Of a stretch of 64,000 nt of DNA, positions 51,501 through 61,613 are shown piece after piece. How positions within the stretch are numbered: the first letter of the stretch is position 1; the number at the start of each line of letters is the position of its first letter. The DNA is from Henriciella sp. (GTDB taxonomy: Bacteria > Pseudomonadota > Alphaproteobacteria > Caulobacterales > Hyphomonadaceae): positions 33,017-97,016 of the forward strand of contig JABSQA010000001.1 in NCBI GenBank assembly GCA_013213825.1. The letters are read 5' to 3'. Under the pieces are notes generated by a model. It worked only from the letters and a program-made list of their open reading frames with translations, did no database searches and was not told where the DNA came from. Made by a program: the position numbers and the translations under genes.

Positions 51501-52343
51501 TTAAGAGCTTTGTTCGCGCTGCGGCAGGAAACGTTCGCGCGCCAATCGCAGCCATTCGGTAAACGGAAACAATAAGAGCTTGCCGATATTTTCCCCCGGA
51601 TTTCCGGCAAATCCCGTGGGAAGCCCCTTCGCAGAGTGCGGGGAGTAATAAGTGCCGAATGCGAGATCGATAAATGGGAAAAAGAGCGCAAAATTCTTAT
51701 TGTGGGCCTCAGCTTGATCGACATGGTGCCAACGATGAAATTGTGGGCTCGCCAGCACGTGGCGTAGAGGTCCGTGATCCCAGTCCAGTCGCGAATGGAC
51801 GTAATATTGATGGGCTTCGCGCGCCAATCCAAGGAAGACAACGTCTGAAATTCCTAGGCCGCAAAAAAAGGCCACTGCGGCAGTGATGGGAAACACGACC
51901 ACCCATTCCAAAATATGCGCCCGATTTGCTGATAGGAAATGCAGATCTGTATCTGAATGGTGCACGGCGTGCAGCGGCCACGACCAGGCATTCGAGTGCA
52001 TCCATCGATGCAGCGCGTAATTCGTTAGATCAAACAATAAAAGCGCGATGAATGCACGAACCAGCCAGGGCGCATCGTTCCAAACCAGTGGTGAGAGGTG
52101 CGGCAAAGACTGAAGCAGATGAAGCGCATAAGCGGTTGCCGCGATCGGCAAAGTAATGGCGAGAGAATTCAGCGTAATGAGCCAGACATTGACCCAACCG
52201 CTCTTTTTCAGCGTTTCGTCCCAATGCAATTGTTTTCGGCCCGTCGCAAAAAACATCAGCACCGTGATCAGCCCGAAGAAGACGAACACAAATTGGAGCC
52301 GAAAGCTAAGGTTTGCTAACGCAGATTGAAGATAGTCCCACAT
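51501..52343 (-). CDS. Sterol desaturase/fatty acid hydroxylase family protein
   Basis: His boxes LHRWMH, HAVHH, YVHS, HRWHH; KNFA. Confidence 0.88.
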   Translation of the reverse strand: MWDYLQSALANLSFRLQFVFVFFGLITVLMFFATGRKQLHWDETLKKSGWVNVWLITLNSLAITLPIAATAYALHLLQSLPHLSPLVWNDAPWLVRAFIALLLFDLTNYALHRWMHSNAWSWPLHAVHHSDTDLHFLSANRAHILEWVVVFPITAAVAFFCGLGISDVVFLGLAREAHQYYVHSRLDWDHGPLRHVLASPQFHRWHHVDQAEAHNKNFALFFPFIDLAFGTYYSPHSAKGLPTGFAGNPGENIGKLLLFPFTEWLRLARERFLPQREQSS

Positions 52344-52387
52344 GAGCGCAGTTTAGGCTGCGCTGCTGAAAACACCCTTAAACAATC

Positions 52388-53371
52388 CTAGGCAACTTTT
52401 ACCATTAGGGCGCTTTCTGGTAATTCTTCGGCGAAGCAACGCTGATACATTTCAGCGACCAGCGGACGTTCGAGCTCATCACACTTGTTCAGGAATGTCA
52501 TCCGGAACGCGTGGCCGAGATCTTTAAAAATGGCGTAGTTTTCCGCCCAAGTGATCACCGTCCGTGGACTCATCACAGTCGACAAATCACCATTCATGAA
52601 CGCGTTCCGCGTCAAATCGGCCAAGGTGACCATGCGGCTCAGCGTTTCGGTATCAACATCGCCCGCTTTGGTCGCCACGATTTCAACTTCAGCGTCATGC
52701 TCGAGATAGTTCAGCGTGGTGACAATGCTCCACCGGTCCATTTGGCCTTGGTTGAGCTGCTGGGTGCCGTGATACAATCCAGTCGTATCGCCAAGTCCAA
52801 CCGTATTGGTTGTGGCGAAGAGACGGAAATACGGATTCGGCTCGATCACACGGTTTTGGTCGAGTAAGGTCAGTTTACCGCTGGCTTCAAGCACACGCTG
52901 GATGACGAACATTACATCCGGACGACCGGCATCATATTCATCGAACGTGATGGCAACCGGGCGCTGAAGCGCCCATGGCAGAATGCCTTCACGAAATTCC
53001 GTGACTTGGGCGCCGTCTTTGAGAACAATTGCGTCTTTTCCGACCATATCACTCCGTGAGACATGACTGTCCAAATTGACCCGGATCATCGGCCAATTCA
53101 GGCGCGCCGCGATTTGCTCAATATGTGTCGACTTCCCCGTGCCGTGATAGCCTTGGACCATGACCCGGCGATTATGTTCGAACCCGGCCAAAAGCGCGAT
53201 CGTCGTTTGCGGGTCAAATCGATAGGCTTCATCGATGGCCGGAACATATTCCGTCCGTTCCTTAAATCCCCGCACAACCATATCCGTGTCGAGGCCAAAC
53301 ACCTCGCGAACGTCGATCGTCTCGGTTGGCTCCATGCCTAAGAGGCTGTCGTTATCGCTCATCACAGTCAT
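52388..53371 (-). CDS. cobS: CobS (cobaltochelatase-type MoxR AAA+ subunit)
   Basis: [42 protein letters not shown]. Confidence 0.96.
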   Translation of the reverse strand: MTVMSDNDSLLGMEPTETIDVREVFGLDTDMVVRGFKERTEYVPAIDEAYRFDPQTTIALLAGFEHNRRVMVQGYHGTGKSTHIEQIAARLNWPMIRVNLDSHVSRSDMVGKDAIVLKDGAQVTEFREGILPWALQRPVAITFDEYDAGRPDVMFVIQRVLEASGKLTLLDQNRVIEPNPYFRLFATTNTVGLGDTTGLYHGTQQLNQGQMDRWSIVTTLNYLEHDAEVEIVATKAGDVDTETLSRMVTLADLTRNAFMNGDLSTVMSPRTVITWAENYAIFKDLGHAFRMTFLNKCDELERPLVAEMYQRCFAEELPESALMVKVA

Positions 53372-53535
53372 GCGGGTCGTCTTTCATCAAGTCTTATTCA
53401 GGGTCACCTAACACAACCGCGGCTCGCGCCAAGTGTGACATTGGGTGAAGCGCTGTGTTTGTGAGCTTTCGCCCTGGTTTTATTCAGTCGCTGCAACTAA
53501 GTCTTGTGCGGACTTCTCTGTAAAAAGGACGGAAC

Positions 53536-54450
53536 ATGCCGCACGTGACTGCTAATGGGATCGACCTCGCTTACGAAACGCATGGTGACGATCAGGCGCC
53601 ACCGGTACTCATGATTATGGGGCTCGGGGGACAGCTGACCATGTGGCCGGACAAGCTGATTTCGGACCTGGTCGCCGGAGGCTACCGTGTGATCACGTTC
53701 GACAATCGCGATATTGGTTTGTCACATCATCACAAAGGCGAGAAAACGCCGCCCATTTTGCGCCAAATCCTGTTGCGGCGCCTGGGGATCAAATTGAAAA
53801 CCCCTTACGCTTTGGCGGATATGGCGCGCGACACGATTGGGCTGATGGATGCGTTAGGGCTCGAGTATCCGCACATTGTCGGAATTTCGATGGGTGGTAT
53901 GATCGCTCAACATGTAGCGGCGATGCAGCCCGAGCGCGTCGCCAGCCTCACCGCGATCATGACGACGACCGGCAATCCGAAATTACCGCGTCCATCCGGC
54001 AATGTCATGAAAGCGATGATCCGCCGTGGGCCACCGCCAACGACACGGGATGCGATTATAAATCAATCCGTCGACACGTTCGGTATCATCGGGACTCCAG
54101 GCGAGGATCAAAACACCAATGGCATGCGGGATCGGATCACCCGGTCCTATGATCGCAGTTACAACCCAACCGGGGTCGTGCGGCAAATGTCGGCCATTGT
54201 CGCTGCAGGTGATTTCCGCAAACACACCCGGTCAATCAAAGCTCCAACACTTGTCCTGCATGGCTCAGCCGATCCCTTAGTCCCGATCGAGGGTGGCCAA
54301 GACATCGCCAAGCTGGTGCGCGGCGCACGTTTCGAGGTCATGGAAGGGATGGGGCATGATGTCCCGCCGCGCTTCTTGCCGGACGTGACCAAGCATATGC
54401 TCGACCATTTTGCGGCGACGAAGGTCAATCCAATACCTGTTGACGCTTAG
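53536..54450 (+). CDS. Alpha/beta hydrolase
   Basis: IMGLGGQL, FDNRDIG, GISMGG, HGSADPLV, GMGHD. Confidence 0.88.
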   Translation: MPHVTANGIDLAYETHGDDQAPPVLMIMGLGGQLTMWPDKLISDLVAGGYRVITFDNRDIGLSHHHKGEKTPPILRQILLRRLGIKLKTPYALADMARDTIGLMDALGLEYPHIVGISMGGMIAQHVAAMQPERVASLTAIMTTTGNPKLPRPSGNVMKAMIRRGPPPTTRDAIINQSVDTFGIIGTPGEDQNTNGMRDRITRSYDRSYNPTGVVRQMSAIVAAGDFRKHTRSIKAPTLVLHGSADPLVPIEGGQDIAKLVRGARFEVMEGMGHDVPPRFLPDVTKHMLDHFAATKVNPIPVDA

Positions 54451-54532
54451 CGCCTTTCGTTACGAGACCGGGTTACGTTCCGGTCGTCTTCTGCTTTGAT
54501 GCTGAAATGGACAGTATTGCGGAGGAAGAAAA

Positions 54533-55372
54533 ATGGCGAACTATGAGCAAATCCTGACGGATGTCGAACATCAGGTTCTGACCATCACGCTCAATCGACC
54601 AGACCGGCTCAATGCCTGGACCGGGCAAATGCAGCTCGAGGTTGAAGACGCCATTGAAAAAGCCGGTAAAGATGACACGATCCGATGCATTGTCGTGACC
54701 GGGGCAGGGCGCGGATTTTGCGCGGGCGCAGACATGAATGGGTTGCAAGAAATCAAACCGGATAGTGAGGCCGCTGACGCTGCCGTGAGCGGTGCTTCGA
54801 CGGCGGAGGCTGATCCAGCTGCGGATGACCTCGCTGCCCTGTATCCCGGCCGTTTCGGCTACATGTATGCTTGCCCGAAGCCGATTATCGCCGCCATAAA
54901 CGGGCCTTGCGCGGGGATTGGCCTGATCTTCACGCTCTATGCAGATCTGCGCTTTGCCAATCAGGAGGCCAAATTCACCACGGCCTTCGCCCAACGCGGA
55001 TTGATTGCAGAACATGGTATCGCTTGGCTGTTGCCGCGTCTTGTCGGCGAAGCGCAGGCCTTAGACCTGCTGTTCACAGCGCGCGTATTTAGGGGCGCTG
55101 AAGCGGCGAATATCGGCCTGGTCAATCAAGCCTTGCCAGCCAAAGAGCTTTTGCCACACGTTATGGAGACCGCCGTGTACCTGTCCAATCAGGCGTCTCC
55201 GCGCTCTCTCGCCATTATGAAGCGCCAAATCCGCGAAAGCTATTTCCAATCCTTCGCGCGCTCGCTCGAGGTCGCTGATCAGGAGATGCAGGCTAGCTTT
55301 GCAAGCTTCGACTTCAAAGAAGGTGTCGATAGCTTCGTCGAGAAGCGCCCTGCCAAATTTCAGGGACGCTAA
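54533..55372 (+). CDS. Enoyl-CoA hydratase/isomerase family protein
   Basis: LNRPDRLNA, RGFCAGADM, AINGPCAGIG, GLIAEHG. Confidence 0.88.
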   Translation: MANYEQILTDVEHQVLTITLNRPDRLNAWTGQMQLEVEDAIEKAGKDDTIRCIVVTGAGRGFCAGADMNGLQEIKPDSEAADAAVSGASTAEADPAADDLAALYPGRFGYMYACPKPIIAAINGPCAGIGLIFTLYADLRFANQEAKFTTAFAQRGLIAEHGIAWLLPRLVGEAQALDLLFTARVFRGAEAANIGLVNQALPAKELLPHVMETAVYLSNQASPRSLAIMKRQIRESYFQSFARSLEVADQEMQASFASFDFKEGVDSFVEKRPAKFQGR

Positions 55373-55375
55373 GCC

Positions 55376-57073
55376 TCAATCAGCCTCAAAAACGATCTCG
55401 CCATGCACGACGGTCATGACGGTTTTAGCTTGCAATATTTCAGCTTCTGGAACGGTCATCAGATCGCGATCGAACACGCTGAAATCAGCCAGTTTACCGA
55501 CTTCGATGCGGCCGAGATCGTCTTCCATAAACGCCGCATATGCTGGCGCCGACGTGAACAGCGCGAGTGCCTGCTGACGCGTTAGCGCCTCCTCTGGATA
55601 CCAATCTTCGGTGCTGAAGCCTTCGACGTCTTTTCTCGCGACAGCAGCGTAAAACTCGATTTGAGGGGTGCCGATCTCAACCGGCGCATCCGAACCGCCG
55701 ACGATGACGGCGTTCGTCCCCAGAAGACTCTGCCATGCGTAAGCCCCATACAGCCGGTTCGGGCCAAGACGGTCAGGCGCAAATTTCAGGTCGCCGATCG
55801 CATGACTAGGTTGCATTGAGGCGATCAGGCCGAGCGACCCAACGCGCGCAATGTCATCTGGATGCAGGATTTGGGTATGTTCGATGCGCCAGCGATTATC
55901 GGAATAGTTCGGAGAGGCGATAATCTCATCCAACTGGGAAAGATCCTCGAATTCGTCTAAGATCCGCCGATTGGCGAGGTCCCCAATGGCGTGAATGGCG
56001 AGCTGCACGTCCGCGGTCTCCGCACGCACCATCAGCTCTGACAGGGCTTCCGGCTCCATCAAAGACAGGCCACGCGTATCGGGACGATCAGAATACGGCT
56101 CGATCAGCAGTGCCCCACGTGAGCCAAGCGCACCATCCATATAGAGTTTGACGGAGCGATTGGTGATCGTGTCCGTCTCATGTTGTCGATTGGCCGCAAT
56201 CTCAAATCCGGATTCATCATAGGCATTGTGCAGCCTTAAGGGCATGCGGCCTTCCAAATCCAGGCGCTCCATAAGGACCGCATGCGAAGGCGTCACGCTC
56301 ATATTATGGACCCCGGTCCAACCGCGGGCAGAATAAGCTTGAGCGCCGACGACGAAGGCTCGAATATTGTCCTGTTCGCTTGGTGCAGACACGAGCGCAA
56401 AGATTTGGCCCATCGCATTATCGATGAAAATACCGGTCGCTTGGCCGGCATCATCCCGTTCGATTTTGCCGCCATCAACATCCGGCGTGTCATCGGTGAC
56501 GCCAGCGGCAGTCATGGCAGCGCTGTTGGCAACCAATGCATGTCCATCAGCGCGGGTCAGGATGACCGGATGATCAGGGCTAATCGCGTCTAGATCAGAG
56601 GCATTTGGCATCCGATTCTCTGGCCAACCGGTTTCGATCCATCCACGGCCAAAAACCACTTGTCCGGCTGGAATGTTTTGTAGCTCCGCCTCTATCCGCG
56701 TGACCAATTCTCCGATCGAGGCGGTACCTTCCAAATTGAGCGTAAGCTCGCGCTGACCGATCCCGAGCAGATGGGCATGCCCGTCGGTGAAGCCGGGAAA
56801 CATCACAGCGCCATCCAGGTCGACCAAATTGATCTCACCCTCGTCCCAATCCATCGACGTTGGTGGGCTAACAGCAATAATCCGTCCGTCCGCACCGACC
56901 GTCACCGCGTCGACTGTGTCCGTGCCGTTCCCGGTATAAATCGTGCCACCCGTAAACACGGTGAGCGGCTGCGACTCAGACGGTTGTGTTTGCGTTTCGG
57001 CTGATGGACCATCCTCAGCTTGCTGACATCCCGCCAACAAACATCCGATCGCCGCTGCGATCAGTATCCGCAT
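55376..57073 (-). CDS. Amidohydrolase 3 (YtcJ-like) lipoprotein
   Basis: PGFTDGHAH, KLYMDGALGS, HAIGD, RIEH, GSDAPV, GKLADF; start moved to ATG 57073. Confidence 0.9.
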   Translation of the reverse strand: MRILIAAAIGCLLAGCQQAEDGPSAETQTQPSESQPLTVFTGGTIYTGNGTDTVDAVTVGADGRIIAVSPPTSMDWDEGEINLVDLDGAVMFPGFTDGHAHLLGIGQRELTLNLEGTASIGELVTRIEAELQNIPAGQVVFGRGWIETGWPENRMPNASDLDAISPDHPVILTRADGHALVANSAAMTAAGVTDDTPDVDGGKIERDDAGQATGIFIDNAMGQIFALVSAPSEQDNIRAFVVGAQAYSARGWTGVHNMSVTPSHAVLMERLDLEGRMPLRLHNAYDESGFEIAANRQHETDTITNRSVKLYMDGALGSRGALLIEPYSDRPDTRGLSLMEPEALSELMVRAETADVQLAIHAIGDLANRRILDEFEDLSQLDEIIASPNYSDNRWRIEHTQILHPDDIARVGSLGLIASMQPSHAIGDLKFAPDRLGPNRLYGAYAWQSLLGTNAVIVGGSDAPVEIGTPQIEFYAAVARKDVEGFSTEDWYPEEALTRQQALALFTSAPAYAAFMEDDLGRIEVGKLADFSVFDRDLMTVPEAEILQAKTVMTVVHGEIVFEAD

Positions 57074-57142
57074 CCGCTTCTCCCATAGCTTGTGCAGCCA
57101 ACATCCTAAGTGGGTTTGAGAAAGGTGCAATCCAGGTAACAC

Positions 57143-57169
57143 AAAATGCGCTCTGATGGCTCAGAGCGC
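57143..57169 (-). terminator. Intrinsic terminator downstream of rpmB
   Basis: GCGCTCTGA/TCAGAGCGC 9-bp stem followed by a U4 tract on the minus strand. Confidence 0.65.
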
Positions 57170-57205
57170 GTTTAATAGGAGGTCCGTAAAGACAGCCGAC
57201 GCGGT

Positions 57206-57496
57206 TTAGGCGTCTTCAGCGGCTTTCTTTTCGATATTCTTTTTGATTTTCAGCGCTTTTGCCGAAAGAACGTCGTCTTTAGCTTTCGCCAGGTAGGCGT
57301 CCAAACCGCCGAGCTTGTCGACCGTGCGGAGGGCTTTGGCTGCGACGCGCATTGAAAAGCGCTGGTCTAAAGCTTCCGAATGCAAGGTCACATTCACCAG
57401 GTTTGGCATAAACCGGCGCTTGGTTTTGATATTCGAGTGGCTGACATTGTGTCCGACCATAGGGCCTGTGCCAGTAAGTTCACATACGCGGGACAT
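57206..57496 (-). CDS. rpmB: 50S ribosomal protein L28
   Basis: MSRVCELTG...[19 protein letters not shown]...[11 protein letters not shown]. Confidence 0.97.
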   Translation of the reverse strand: MSRVCELTGTGPMVGHNVSHSNIKTKRRFMPNLVNVTLHSEALDQRFSMRVAAKALRTVDKLGGLDAYLAKAKDDVLSAKALKIKKNIEKKAAEDA

Positions 57497-57714
57497 GGGT
57501 CGCTCGCTCATTGTCTAGATTGAAACCGAAGCGCGGCTATTACGCTTACAGAGAAAGCCCGTCAAGCACTGAGATGAGTCGATGTGCGGTGGCCTGAAAT
57601 TCGCGTGTAACGCATTTGTAATCAGGGCGAAACAGTGGCGGCCTTGTTCAGGCTAGCTTTTGCTACACACATATATATCAAGTTCAATTCGTCTTCAGTA
57701 GAGGAAGCCCGATC

Positions 57715-58569
57715 ATGATGAAAAAACTGCTCGCATCTGCGGCACTCGCGTCACTGACGTTTTCAAGCGTTTCTGGCGCCGATACGGCTTTGATTGAACC
57801 GCATATACTCAGCATGATTGAAGCGGGTCAGCCCATGGAGATGGAGTATAATATTAAGGCCAATGCCTGGGTCTTGATCCTCCCCATTACCGGAAAAGCC
57901 AATTTCCGTGTGACGCTGAACAAAGATACGTATGCGATCAAGAGTCATGTCAAAACCACCGGCCTGGCGGACATTTTGGTCAATTATGATTTGGAAATCG
58001 CTGCATCTGGCTACACTCATGCGGACGGATTAGACACGTATGCCTTCGTCTCTCAGAACAAGGATGGCAAAAAGAATCGCCGCGTGGATCTAAAATACCT
58101 TAAAGACGATTTCGAGATGACCGCGACTCCGCGATTTGGCAATCTTGGCGATCCCGCGGCCACCGTGGAACAAGCCCTTGAGGCGAAAGACCCCGTCACA
58201 GCACTCATTTCGTTTGCTCTGGAACCCCGTGCGGAAGGGGAAGATCCGTGCGGTGGGCCGCTGAAAATCTTTGATGGCCGTCAGCTAACCCATTTGCATT
58301 TGACCAATAATGGTATGACTGAGGTGAAATCCGAAGCTTGGTCCGGGCAAGCTTATGAATGCCATATCAAAATGGACAAAGTTGCAGGCTATAAAGCCGG
58401 GGAATCCGATAAGGACAATTTGTCTGGTATCGATGGGCCTTTGCGGATGTGGCTCGCGCCTTTGCCGAACGGTGCGCATGTCCCGGTCCGCATCGAGGCC
58501 AAGACAGAAGATATTGGAACGGTGACCCTGCAAGCGGCCAAACTCAAATTCACACCGCTTGAAAAATAA
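57715..58569 (+). CDS. DUF3108 domain exported protein
   Basis: Signal peptide; LKIFDGRQL, RMWLAP...VPVRI; usual divergent neighbour of rpmB. Confidence 0.8.
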   Translation: MMKKLLASAALASLTFSSVSGADTALIEPHILSMIEAGQPMEMEYNIKANAWVLILPITGKANFRVTLNKDTYAIKSHVKTTGLADILVNYDLEIAASGYTHADGLDTYAFVSQNKDGKKNRRVDLKYLKDDFEMTATPRFGNLGDPAATVEQALEAKDPVTALISFALEPRAEGEDPCGGPLKIFDGRQLTHLHLTNNGMTEVKSEAWSGQAYECHIKMDKVAGYKAGESDKDNLSGIDGPLRMWLAPLPNGAHVPVRIEAKTEDIGTVTLQAAKLKFTPLEK

Positions 58570-58613
58570 AGAAAAAACTTGCCGAGTGGTGTTGTTGAAC
58601 TATTCTGCAACTC

Positions 58614-58706
58614 AGGCGAGTGTTCCTCCCATATGATGCTCGCCTAATTCACGCACACTAACCCAGACGTGTGAGCGCCCGAATGTCCCCAACATTCGGG
58701 CGCGTT
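58614..58706 (+). ncRNA. Candidate trans-acting sRNA with anti-SD loop (alpha-r8/suhB/MmgR/GsrN-like)
   Basis: TTGCCG-N16-TATTCT promoter; three consecutive hairpins; first loop GUUCCUCCCA; last is a perfect 12-bp stem. Confidence 0.55.
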
Positions 58707-58739
58707 GACGACTCAGCGCGGTCTGCCTAATCGAGCTGG

Positions 58740-59555
58740 ATGACTTCAAATCACCTCAGACTCGTAAGTTGGAATATCAATTCGATCCGGCTTCGTTTGC
58801 CCAATGTCGAAGCCTTTGTGGCAGCGGAAAATCCGGACATCCTGTGTTTTCAGGAAATCAAATGCCAAACAGCCGAATTTCCGGAAAAGGCGTTTAAACA
58901 AATGGGGTTCCCGCACCTGAGTGTGCATGGCCAAAAAGGTGGGCATCATGGCGTGGCGATCGCCAGCAGGAGCCCGATTGAAACCTTAGAAACGCCGAAG
59001 CTTTGCCGAGAAGGGCATGCAAGGGTGAATGCGATACGGGTGAAGGGCCTTGAGTTGCACAATATTTATCTCCCCGCAGGTGGAGATACACCCGATCCTG
59101 ATGAGAATCCGAAATTTGCCCATAAGCTTGATTTCGTGAAACGCCTTGGACGGCACTATGGCAAATTCGCTAGAGACGGCGTGCCACGCGTGCTGGTCGG
59201 GGATCTCAACATCGCCCCTCATCCGAATGATGTCTGGTCCCACAAACAGCTTCTGAAGATTGTCTCACACACGCCGATTGAGACCGAGTGGCTTGAAAAG
59301 GCTCGAAAAAAAGGTGGATTCACGGATATTGCGCGTCACGTACACGATGATGATCAGAGGCTTTATTCATGGTGGAGCTATCGCGCCAGGGACTGGGCCG
59401 CTTCAAACAAGGGGCGTCGGCTCGATCATATCTGGACGACCGAAGCCGCCACGGCGCTCACCGATCTTGAGAGCTATCAGGTGCATTTAGCCTGGCGCGG
59501 CGGGTGGAAACCATCCGACCATGCGCCGATTAGTATTGATATCGCAGCGCCTTAA
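58740..59555 (+). CDS. xth: Exodeoxyribonuclease III (Xth)
   Basis: SWNINSIR, FQEIK, NIYLPAG, GDLNIAP, WWSYR, RRLDHIW, SDHAPI. Confidence 0.95.
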   Translation: MTSNHLRLVSWNINSIRLRLPNVEAFVAAENPDILCFQEIKCQTAEFPEKAFKQMGFPHLSVHGQKGGHHGVAIASRSPIETLETPKLCREGHARVNAIRVKGLELHNIYLPAGGDTPDPDENPKFAHKLDFVKRLGRHYGKFARDGVPRVLVGDLNIAPHPNDVWSHKQLLKIVSHTPIETEWLEKARKKGGFTDIARHVHDDDQRLYSWWSYRARDWAASNKGRRLDHIWTTEAATALTDLESYQVHLAWRGGWKPSDHAPISIDIAAP

Positions 59556-60340
59556 GCGACCGCGCGCACATCGCGCGCGTCTGATGCGTTCAATCGGTTC
59601 ATCATATCGCCCACGGTGACAATTTCGGCACCGAAGCACGCGATAGCGTCTAGCAAATGCTCATAATCTTGTGGGGTGACCCCCCATGGTGACGGTGTCT
59701 CGCGGACATCATGCGTGAAGATGATAAGCCAACCGTCCTGATGCTTGAGCGTTTCTAACTCTTCAATTGCACGCGCGGTTCCGCCCTCATTATCCTGCAA
59801 CCCGCAGGCTTTGAGCATATTGAGGTCAATCGACCCGCGATTGGTTCCCGGTTTCACGCCACGTAGGGCCAGTCCAGTCTGGCTCATAACGCGCTTCGCA
59901 GCCAAATCGACGGCCCCAAAGGGGAAGGCGAATGACGATACCTCGGAAATCCCGTTTGCAGCTAAGAAAGCCGCACTTTTGCGCACTTGCGCGTGCAATT
60001 CCTTAGCGCTGGCTGTGCTGCAATCAATATGATCAAATGTATGACAGCCAAAATCATGTCCCTTGCGGCGTAGCGCGTACAAGTCTTCAGACGTGAACAT
60101 TTGTCCGTACTCAGGCTCTGTTTCGCCCATAAAACCACCCGCCACATACCAAGTCGCGCGCCAATCGCGGCGTTCAATCATTGGCGCGGCGATCCGCGCC
60201 GCGGATTGTGGAAAATCGTCAAAGCAAAGGCTAACATAGCGTCCAGCCGGCAGGGTTACGGCGCGTTTGTCAAAAATCTCGCAGAGAATTTTATCAATTG
60301 CCCTGTCAATCTTCCGAGAAAGGTAACCAAGATCGGCCAT
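59552..60340 (-). CDS. hfsH: Polysaccharide deacetylase, HfsH-like
   Basis: CFDDFP, GCHTFDH, FAFPFG, IFTHDV; resembles Caulobacter HfsH as recalled. Confidence 0.7.
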   Translation of the reverse strand: MADLGYLSRKIDRAIDKILCEIFDKRAVTLPAGRYVSLCFDDFPQSAARIAAPMIERRDWRATWYVAGGFMGETEPEYGQMFTSEDLYALRRKGHDFGCHTFDHIDCSTASAKELHAQVRKSAAFLAANGISEVSSFAFPFGAVDLAAKRVMSQTGLALRGVKPGTNRGSIDLNMLKACGLQDNEGGTARAIEELETLKHQDGWLIIFTHDVRETPSPWGVTPQDYEHLLDAIACFGAEIVTVGDMMNRLNASDARDVRAVA

Positions 60341-60385
60341 AACGCATCCAAAGGTGGCGAAAACGTACGGGAAACTCACTGCAAG

Positions 60386-61462
60386 ATGCGTGCCAGAGTT
60401 CAGTGTCTAAATTTCTCCGACTTAACCAAGACGGATCGCGCTGTATGGAGCAATTTCCAAGCGTCAGACCCAAGCCTGGCCAGCCCGTATTTTTCGTATA
60501 GCTACGCTGAAGCCGTTGAGGCCGTTCGCCCCGGCATTAAAGTGCTGCGATTTTATGAGCATGAGCGCCCGGCGGCGTACTGGCCGTTCCGAAAAGGGCC
60601 GTTCGGCACAGCGCGCCCGATCGCGGGCTCGATGGACGATTTGCACGGGATCATCGCGCATCCCACGGTACGGCTAGATCTGACCCATCCAGATGTGCGC
60701 AGAAATATGGGCGGATTTGCGTTTTCGGCGCTGCCATATCAGCAGCGTCGTCATGGACTTGAGGGGCAATTTGGTGATGGCAATCAGGTTATGGATCTGG
60801 ACGCGGGGTTTGACGCCTGGCGCGCGGCGCGATCCGCTGAGAGCTCCAATTTCCGGCGCGAGTGGCGCAAAGCAGAGAAGCTCCTTTCCACACCCTCCAC
60901 CACGCTCCGCCATGATGTGGTTGACCCTGTAAGTTTCGAACGTTTGATTGCGCTGAAGCGCGACGCTTATGCGCAAGCGGGCCATTTTGATCTGTTTCGC
61001 CTGGCCTGGTCGCGCGCTCTGCTACAGCAATTGCTCGAAAGCGGAGACGATCAAGCGCGTGGCATATTATCGACCTTGAGCATTGACGGCGACGTTGCTG
61101 CGATCTGTTACTGCATGCGCTCAGCGTCGGTTTTGCATTATTGGTTCCCGGCCTATGAGGCTAAATATGCAAAGCAAAAACCTGGTCTTGCTTTGCTCTT
61201 CTCATTGGCCAAGTGGGCGGCTTTAGAGGGGGTGTCAGAGCTCCATCTCGGCCTTGGAGATGTCCAATATAAAAGACAAATGGCCAGTTGGATGATGCCA
61301 GTCCGCGCGGGCGCCTTGGCTTTGTCGCCGATCCAGTCTTACGCCACGGGATTCACCGCTTGGGGGCATCGAATCGAAAATAGAAACAAGCTATCGGCGG
61401 TGCCAGCAAAATTTGCCCGAAAGTATGAGAGAATGGCACTTTCGGGCAGTTGGCGCGCCTAA
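60386..61462 (+). CDS. hfsK: GNAT/CelD-like acyltransferase, HfsK-like
   Basis: SPYFSYSY, HYWFPAY, KPGLALL, LHLGLGDVQYK; start moved to ATG 60386. Confidence 0.68.
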   Translation: MRARVQCLNFSDLTKTDRAVWSNFQASDPSLASPYFSYSYAEAVEAVRPGIKVLRFYEHERPAAYWPFRKGPFGTARPIAGSMDDLHGIIAHPTVRLDLTHPDVRRNMGGFAFSALPYQQRRHGLEGQFGDGNQVMDLDAGFDAWRAARSAESSNFRREWRKAEKLLSTPSTTLRHDVVDPVSFERLIALKRDAYAQAGHFDLFRLAWSRALLQQLLESGDDQARGILSTLSIDGDVAAICYCMRSASVLHYWFPAYEAKYAKQKPGLALLFSLAKWAALEGVSELHLGLGDVQYKRQMASWMMPVRAGALALSPIQSYATGFTAWGHRIENRNKLSAVPAKFARKYERMALSGSWRA

Positions 61463-61598
61463 AACTTAAGCATCGCTGCCTGTCATGAAAGATTCACCGG
61501 CGCGGGGACCGCTGAACCCCCAATAAAAGCGGCACGTCTTCATTTTCGCATATCTGCTTTTCCGAAAATTCCTTGTTCGGCCCGTGGTTTGCGCGAAG

Positions 61599-61613
61599 TG
61601 TTGCGGTGCAACA
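61599..61613. promoter_or_regulatory. Palindrome TGTTGC-GGT-GCAACA (TGC-N3-GCA type operator)
   Basis: Perfect 6-bp inverted repeat 130 bp upstream of the first UrcA-family gene. Confidence 0.45.
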
